In this document: one piece after another, positions 6,844 through 10,492 of the stretch
Numbering within the stretch: the stretch's first letter is position 1
How the letters are laid out: each line of letters begins with the position of its first letter
Source of the DNA: Alphaproteobacteria bacterium
Lineage (GTDB): Bacteria; Pseudomonadota; Alphaproteobacteria; Rs-D84
Direction of reading: 5' to 3'
Length of the DNA: 10,492 bases
Assembly: GCA_031549365.1 (NCBI GenBank)
Contig: JAVBPX010000009.1
Coordinates: 1 to 10,492 of the forward strand
The notes under the pieces: model-generated
What the model was told of the DNA's origin: nothing
Databases searched by the model: none
What the model saw: only the letters and a program-made list of their open reading frames with translations
Position numbers and translations under genes: made by a program

Positions 6844-6873
6844 ATTATAGAAAAAATTTTAGTATTCGGTCAA
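6844..6873 (-). promoter_or_regulatory. Near-consensus sigma70 promoter of the T4SS core operon
   Basis: Minus strand (C)TTGACC-N18-TATAAT, 42 nt upstream of the lipoprotein ATG. Confidence 0.7.
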
Positions 6874-6879
6874 GAGTTT

Positions 6880-8502
6880 TTACCAGTCCATTGGGTATAT
6901 AGAATTTGATTTAGGTTTAAAGTCAATGAAGGCAGCGCGAGGAGGTTGGATTTGCCAGAATGGAATCAGAATTCCATCCATTAGAGCAATCCGACTGATC
7001 ATGTGCATTGCAGCGCCCAGATTAATTGTTGGATTGTTAAATGAATTGATAATGCGATCCACCGATTCATTGCGATAGTTTGCGTAATTTAAGCCGTAAT
7101 TATTTAATGCTGAATCTGTCCCGAAGTATAAATTTAATGCGTATTTCGGATTCGTTAAAATTGGCATAGTGGCAACAACCATATCGTAATCGTAATATTT
7201 TAAGCGTTCATTATAAGTGTAATCGCTGACGATATCCAATTGTGTTGGAATGCCAATTTCGTTTAGTGTTTTTACCATGTTGATTAATTGCTCTATTAAA
7301 ACAGTATCCGAATTAATTGTGTCAGGTGCCAAGATTTTTATTTGAGCAGTGTCCGCACCGCGCATGAATTTTTTTTCGTGGGTGTTGTAATTATATCCTG
7401 CGTTTTCAAGCGCCAATCGAAGTGGAAGCAAGGGTTGAATGGTATTCGTTGCACAATTTTCACTGAAAAAAGGGCAGGAGTCCGCAGGTACCCGAGTGTA
7501 TTCCATAGCAGATGGAGGTGAATAATTTCCAGAATAGATTTTTGGATTTATTTTGTCGGATAGGCCCAGAATTTCGATAACGTTGCGTTCTTCGGATGTC
7601 ATGAATCCATGATAATCGGATAGTAAGCAATTAAATCGAGTCGCGTCCATGCCTGCCAGTTTTTGGTTTGTTATTGGCAATGCCAATCCAATTTGAGTTC
7701 GAATTTCAAGGTTTTGGAACAAAGGTGTTTGAGTGTTTAGCCATAAACCAGATACCGGAGTTTTTGTTTCGGATAGATGTTTTATGTTGTTTTCGTCCGT
7801 CTTTAATTCGTGGTATGGGTCGTCGTATATAACATTAATTTTTTTAGAGTTAAACAATTTCCATAATTCGTCATACGGATGATTTTCAAATGCCAAGCTG
7901 TGCAGTTTAGATTTAGTGTCGACTTTAGTGTCGACAGGAGTTAGTAAAATTTTGGTGTCAGTTATTGATTCGATTTTATATGGGCCAGATGTTGTTTTTA
8001 AAAATTTTAGCGATGCGTATGTTTCGTTCTTGATTTCATTTTTTGGCAAAATTTGCATTGTTAAAAAAGTTAAAAGTTGGGATTCCGAAGTTTCAGATAT
8101 TGATGCTATTAATGTTTTATCATCGATTTTTTCAATTGATAGTATTGGTGATAATTCGGCAGTAAGAGTTAAGTCTGATTTATAAAAATTAAATGATGCG
8201 ATTATGTCGTCCGAAGTAATTGGTTCGCCGTTTGACCAAAATTTATCAAAGAGTTTGATTGTTAATTTGTTTTCGCGTTCAGATATTGAATATTCCCCCA
8301 GGTTTGATTGTAAATATTTTTGGTCGTTTATTCGGATTATTGGTTCGTATAATAAGTCTGAGATAGCGTATGGTAAAATAGGGGTTGGTTTTATTGTTGT
8401 GATTTTATTGGCCGTTCCGATTGTAATCGTTGCCCCAAAAGCGTTTGATACAATCAAGCAAAATGCAATGAATATAAAAATAAAACGGTCAAAGCGATCC
8501 AT
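6880..8502 (-). CDS. ABC transporter solute-binding protein, family 5 (divergent YejA/OppA/DppA-like)
   Basis: Signal peptide ending NAFG and GGGGGAG RBS. SBP_bac_5 motifs: WSNGEPITSDDIIASF, SGPYKI, WLNTQTPLFQNLEIR, LENAGY, LNEIGI, DYDMVV, NYANYRNESVDRII, LIPFW. Confidence 0.85.
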   Translation of the reverse strand: MDRFDRFIFIFIAFCLIVSNAFGATITIGTANKITTIKPTPILPYAISDLLYEPIIRINDQKYLQSNLGEYSISERENKLTIKLFDKFWSNGEPITSDDIIASFNFYKSDLTLTAELSPILSIEKIDDKTLIASISETSESQLLTFLTMQILPKNEIKNETYASLKFLKTTSGPYKIESITDTKILLTPVDTKVDTKSKLHSLAFENHPYDELWKLFNSKKINVIYDDPYHELKTDENNIKHLSETKTPVSGLWLNTQTPLFQNLEIRTQIGLALPITNQKLAGMDATRFNCLLSDYHGFMTSEERNVIEILGLSDKINPKIYSGNYSPPSAMEYTRVPADSCPFFSENCATNTIQPLLPLRLALENAGYNYNTHEKKFMRGADTAQIKILAPDTINSDTVLIEQLINMVKTLNEIGIPTQLDIVSDYTYNERLKYYDYDMVVATMPILTNPKYALNLYFGTDSALNNYGLNYANYRNESVDRIINSFNNPTINLGAAMHMISRIALMDGILIPFWQIQPPRAAFIDFKPKSNSIYPMDW

Positions 8503-8523
8503 AATTCTCCCCCGAGTAATTCA

Positions 8524-8552
8524 ATCATAGCGGGTTTCGTTTTTTGTTGCAA
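8524..8552 (-). promoter_or_regulatory. Putative sigma70 promoter of the solute-binding protein gene
   Basis: Minus strand TTGCAA-N17-TATGAT, with GC before the -10. Confidence 0.55.
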
Positions 8553-8573
8553 TTAAAACATTTGAAAATGCGC

Positions 8574-8637
8574 TGATTGCCACGGAGCCTTGGCTCCACA
8601 ACGCAACCACGCAATCAAAGATTGCTGTTGAGTGGTG
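8574..8637. repeat. REP/RPE-like hairpin cluster downstream of the HIT gene
   Basis: Contains tgattgccacggagcc (shared with 786-801), hairpin GGAGCC-TT-GGCTCC (8584-8597) and hairpin GCAATC-AAA-GATTGC (8611-8625). gttgagtggtg (8627-8637) is the reverse complement of caccactcaac (66-76). Confidence 0.75.
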
Positions 8638-8644
8638 GGTAGAA

Positions 8645-9022
8645 TTATTTATTGGCGAGGAGGTGAGTGTGGAAGTGTGGAACTTCTTGGCCGCCGCCGG
8701 GGCCTGTGTTCACCAATATTTTAAAGCCTGGGTTTAATAATTCCAGTTTATCTGTCGTTTCGCGAACGCAGCGCCAGAAATCTGATTGTTCTTGGGAGGA
8801 TGCGTCGCGGGTAAAGTGATAGATGTTTACGTATGGGCCCTTTGGGATTATCAGTACATGTACGTCGGCGCGCGGATTAACATCATGGAATGCCAGGGAT
8901 TTTTCAGTTTCGTGGACGCGTTTGCATGGAATTTCATTGCGCAGTATTTTTGCAAATACATTATTTGGATCGTAATTACAGTTTGGACACTTTTCAGAGC
9001 AGCAGGTCATGATTATCACCAT
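8645..9022 (-). CDS. hinT: HIT-family nucleotide hydrolase (HinT/PKCI-1 type); start may be ATG 9010
   Basis: YDPNNVFAKILRNEIPC, LAFHDVNPRADVHVLIIPK, and NTGPGGGQEVPHFHTHLL with the H-x-H-x-H triad. Confidence 0.93.
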   Translation of the reverse strand: MVIIMTCCSEKCPNCNYDPNNVFAKILRNEIPCKRVHETEKSLAFHDVNPRADVHVLIIPKGPYVNIYHFTRDASSQEQSDFWRCVRETTDKLELLNPGFKILVNTGPGGGQEVPHFHTHLLANK

Positions 9023-9048
9023 TGGTTGGGATTTTTTATGTCAGATGT

Positions 9049-9077
9049 ATTTTAACACTTTTTGTAAAGCGGTTCAA
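9049..9077 (-). promoter_or_regulatory. Putative sigma70 promoter of the HIT gene
   Basis: Minus strand TTGAAC-N17-TAAAAT with an extended -10 TG. Confidence 0.45.
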
Positions 9078-9108
9078 TTAAAAGTGGAAAGATTTTTATA
9101 AACAGGTG

Positions 9109-9402
9109 TTATGATGGGGTGGATTTGTTTTTTGCTATTCGGATTACAAGGGCGCCGATACCACCCCATTGGGTTGGTGCAGTTGTAACAGATTGTATCC
9201 AGGGATAGTTTAAAGAATCGCACCAGGTTTTTACTGATTGGTTTATTATTCCTGAGCCACGGCCAGTTATTATTAGTGCGCGTGTTGTCCCGTTTTCGTG
9301 ACAGTTTCGAACAAAGCGGTCGAACAATATGAATGCCGAGTCCACTGTGTTATCATGGAGATCTAGTTTTGTTTCTGGGATTTTTTCTTTGAGGTGCGAC
9401 AT
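9109..9402 (-). CDS. Stand-alone Smr/MutS2 C-terminal domain protein (97 aa from ATG 9402)
   Basis: KLDLH..TVDSA, ALIITGRGSGII, W, APTQWGGIGALVIRI. The ATG at 9402 is preferred over the track's non-ATG start at 9462. Confidence 0.9.
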   Translation of the reverse strand: MSHLKEKIPETKLDLHDNTVDSAFILFDRFVRNCHENGTTRALIITGRGSGIINQSVKTWCDSLNYPWIQSVTTAPTQWGGIGALVIRIAKNKSTPS

Positions 9403-9409
9403 GTGATTG

Positions 9410-9438
9410 AATTTAACAATAAAATGTTTAGGTGTAAA
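9410..9438 (-). promoter_or_regulatory. Putative promoter of the Smr gene (possibly leaderless)
   Basis: TTTACA-N17-TAAATT with extended TG. The -10 ends 7 nt before the ATG and there is no Shine-Dalgarno. Confidence 0.4.
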
Positions 9439-9471
9439 GGGGAATCGTAATTCGAAAAACAATATTGTTGA

Positions 9472-9594
9472 GATTGATGCGTCACTGTGTGGCTAGCAAT
9501 GACAATATTACATTGCTGTCGCAATGGTTTTATTACTGGATCCTCTCGCTGTGCTTCCACCTTTGTTAAAACTATGGTGGACAGGCAGGATGAC
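9472..9594. repeat. Composite REP/RPE-like repeat between the HTH and Smr genes
   Basis: Same module order as 142-243 and 10184-10281: gattg...atgac, ttgctgtcgcaa, ttactggatcctctcgctg...ggatgac. Contains an extra hairpin TCCACC...GGTGGA (9556-9581). Confidence 0.82.
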
Positions 9595-9618
9595 ATTTAT
9601 TGCAATGGTAAATATAAA

Positions 9619-10068
9619 TTAGGCGTTTTGAGGGAGCTTTTTGGAAAGGTTTTCCATAATTGCAAACACGTTATCACGTACAGAATCATTTGGTAATTTC
9701 CAAAACAAATTAATCAATTTTAATGATTCGTTACGTGTTAATGGATCATTTTCAGATGGCTCGGATACATGTAGACCGCGGCGTTTTGATTTTGTAGGTG
9801 AAAAATCATCCATGATTACTGTTTGATTGGGGAGCCCTTCGAAGAAGAAGGCCACAGGTGTTTTTAAGGCCATTCCAATTTGAAACAGGCGGGATGCTGA
9901 AATGCGGTTTACAGCAGTTTCGTATTTTTGGATTTGTTGGAATGTGATATCGCAGGCGGTTGCCAGTTCGTCCTGGGACATGCCGACCATATTACGGCGC
10001 AAGCGTAAGCGTTGGCCGACGTGGATGTCGACGGGGTCCGGAGTGAAGGTTGGTTCTGGTTTTGCCAT
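9619..10068 (-). CDS. XRE/Cro-CI family HTH transcriptional regulator (alphaproteobacterial type)
   Basis: PDPVDIHVGQRLRLRR..GMSQDELA..ITFQQIQKYE..NRISASRL..FFFEGL, and C-terminal ESLKLINLFWKLP..VRDNVF. AAAGGA RBS. Confidence 0.93.
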   Translation of the reverse strand: MAKPEPTFTPDPVDIHVGQRLRLRRNMVGMSQDELATACDITFQQIQKYETAVNRISASRLFQIGMALKTPVAFFFEGLPNQTVIMDDFSPTKSKRRGLHVSEPSENDPLTRNESLKLINLFWKLPNDSVRDNVFAIMENLSKKLPQNA

Positions 10069-10093
10069 GGTAAATTCCTTTGGTTATTTTCGT

Positions 10094-10121
10094 ATTATGG
10101 GAAATTTTTCCCAAATTGCAA
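10094..10121 (-). promoter_or_regulatory. Putative promoter of the HTH gene with overlapping palindromic operator
   Basis: (C)TTGCAA-N16-CATAAT. Inverted repeat TGGGAAA-TT-TTTCCCA at 10098-10113 covers most of the spacer. Confidence 0.55.
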
Positions 10122-10171
10122 GCTTAAATTGAAATTTGTGTTTTTTGTTTTGATTGAAAGTGGGATTTTTG

Positions 10172-10351
10172 TTTAATTGCAATGATTGCCACGGGGTTAT
10201 TGCTGCCGAGAGATGACAATAAAAAGTTGCTGTCGCAACGTTTGTTTTACTGGATCCTCTCGGCTGCGCGATCCGGATGACCAAGGGTTTGGGAGGGTTT
10301 TAATTGTGGTTATTGTTTTTATTTCCCCCTCTCTATAAAACATCATGATCA
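10172..10351. repeat. Composite REP/RPE-like repeat, continuing into the terminal repeat
   Basis: tttaattgcaatgattgccacgg...gatgac (10172-10217), followed by a near-identical match to 188-312. Confidence 0.9.
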
Positions 10352-10492
10352 AAGATCATATGTTTTATTATCTCTCCCCGGAGGGGCGAGATGGGTAGTG
10401 TTTTTATTTTCTCCCGCACCACTCAACCACGACAAATAATTGTCGGGTTTTAATTGCAATGATCCGTCTGCACGTTGTTTCGCCGAGATAAT
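10352..10492. repeat. Exact 141-bp terminal direct repeat, right copy
   Basis: Identical to 1-141. Confidence 0.97.

Noticed and set aside
7918-7934. GTCGAC..GTCGAC palindrome/short duplication (VDTKVDTK)
   Set aside because: A short in-frame duplication within a coding loop, with no other copies seen.
9109-10068. XRE plus Smr as a toxin-antitoxin pair
   Set aside because: They are separated by ~215 nt containing a repeat and a separate promoter candidate. Both look like ordinary stand-alone families.

Overview
An AT-rich window, probably alphaproteobacterial, with 11 plausible genes, all on the minus strand. In transcription order they are: an XRE/HTH regulator, a small Smr-domain protein, a HIT (HinT-like) hydrolase, an orphan YejA/OppA-like solute-binding protein, a type IV secretion (T4SS) core module, and a secreted hypothetical protein. 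The T4SS module has a 48-aa VirB7-like lipoprotein missing from the ORF track, three tandem VirB8-like genes, a VirB9 fused to a C-terminal SPOR peptidoglycan-binding domain, and a 715-aa VirB10 with an extra Ig-like domain and a 6-Cys tail. I see no T4SS ATPase, pilin, VirB6, coupling protein, relaxase, Rep or integrase. The first and last 141 bp are identical, which suggests an assembly-graph circle. Intergenic DNA carries a modular family of REP/RPE-like hairpin repeats, one copy of which appears to sit in-frame in a signal peptide. Domain calls come from motif recognition by eye, not database searches.
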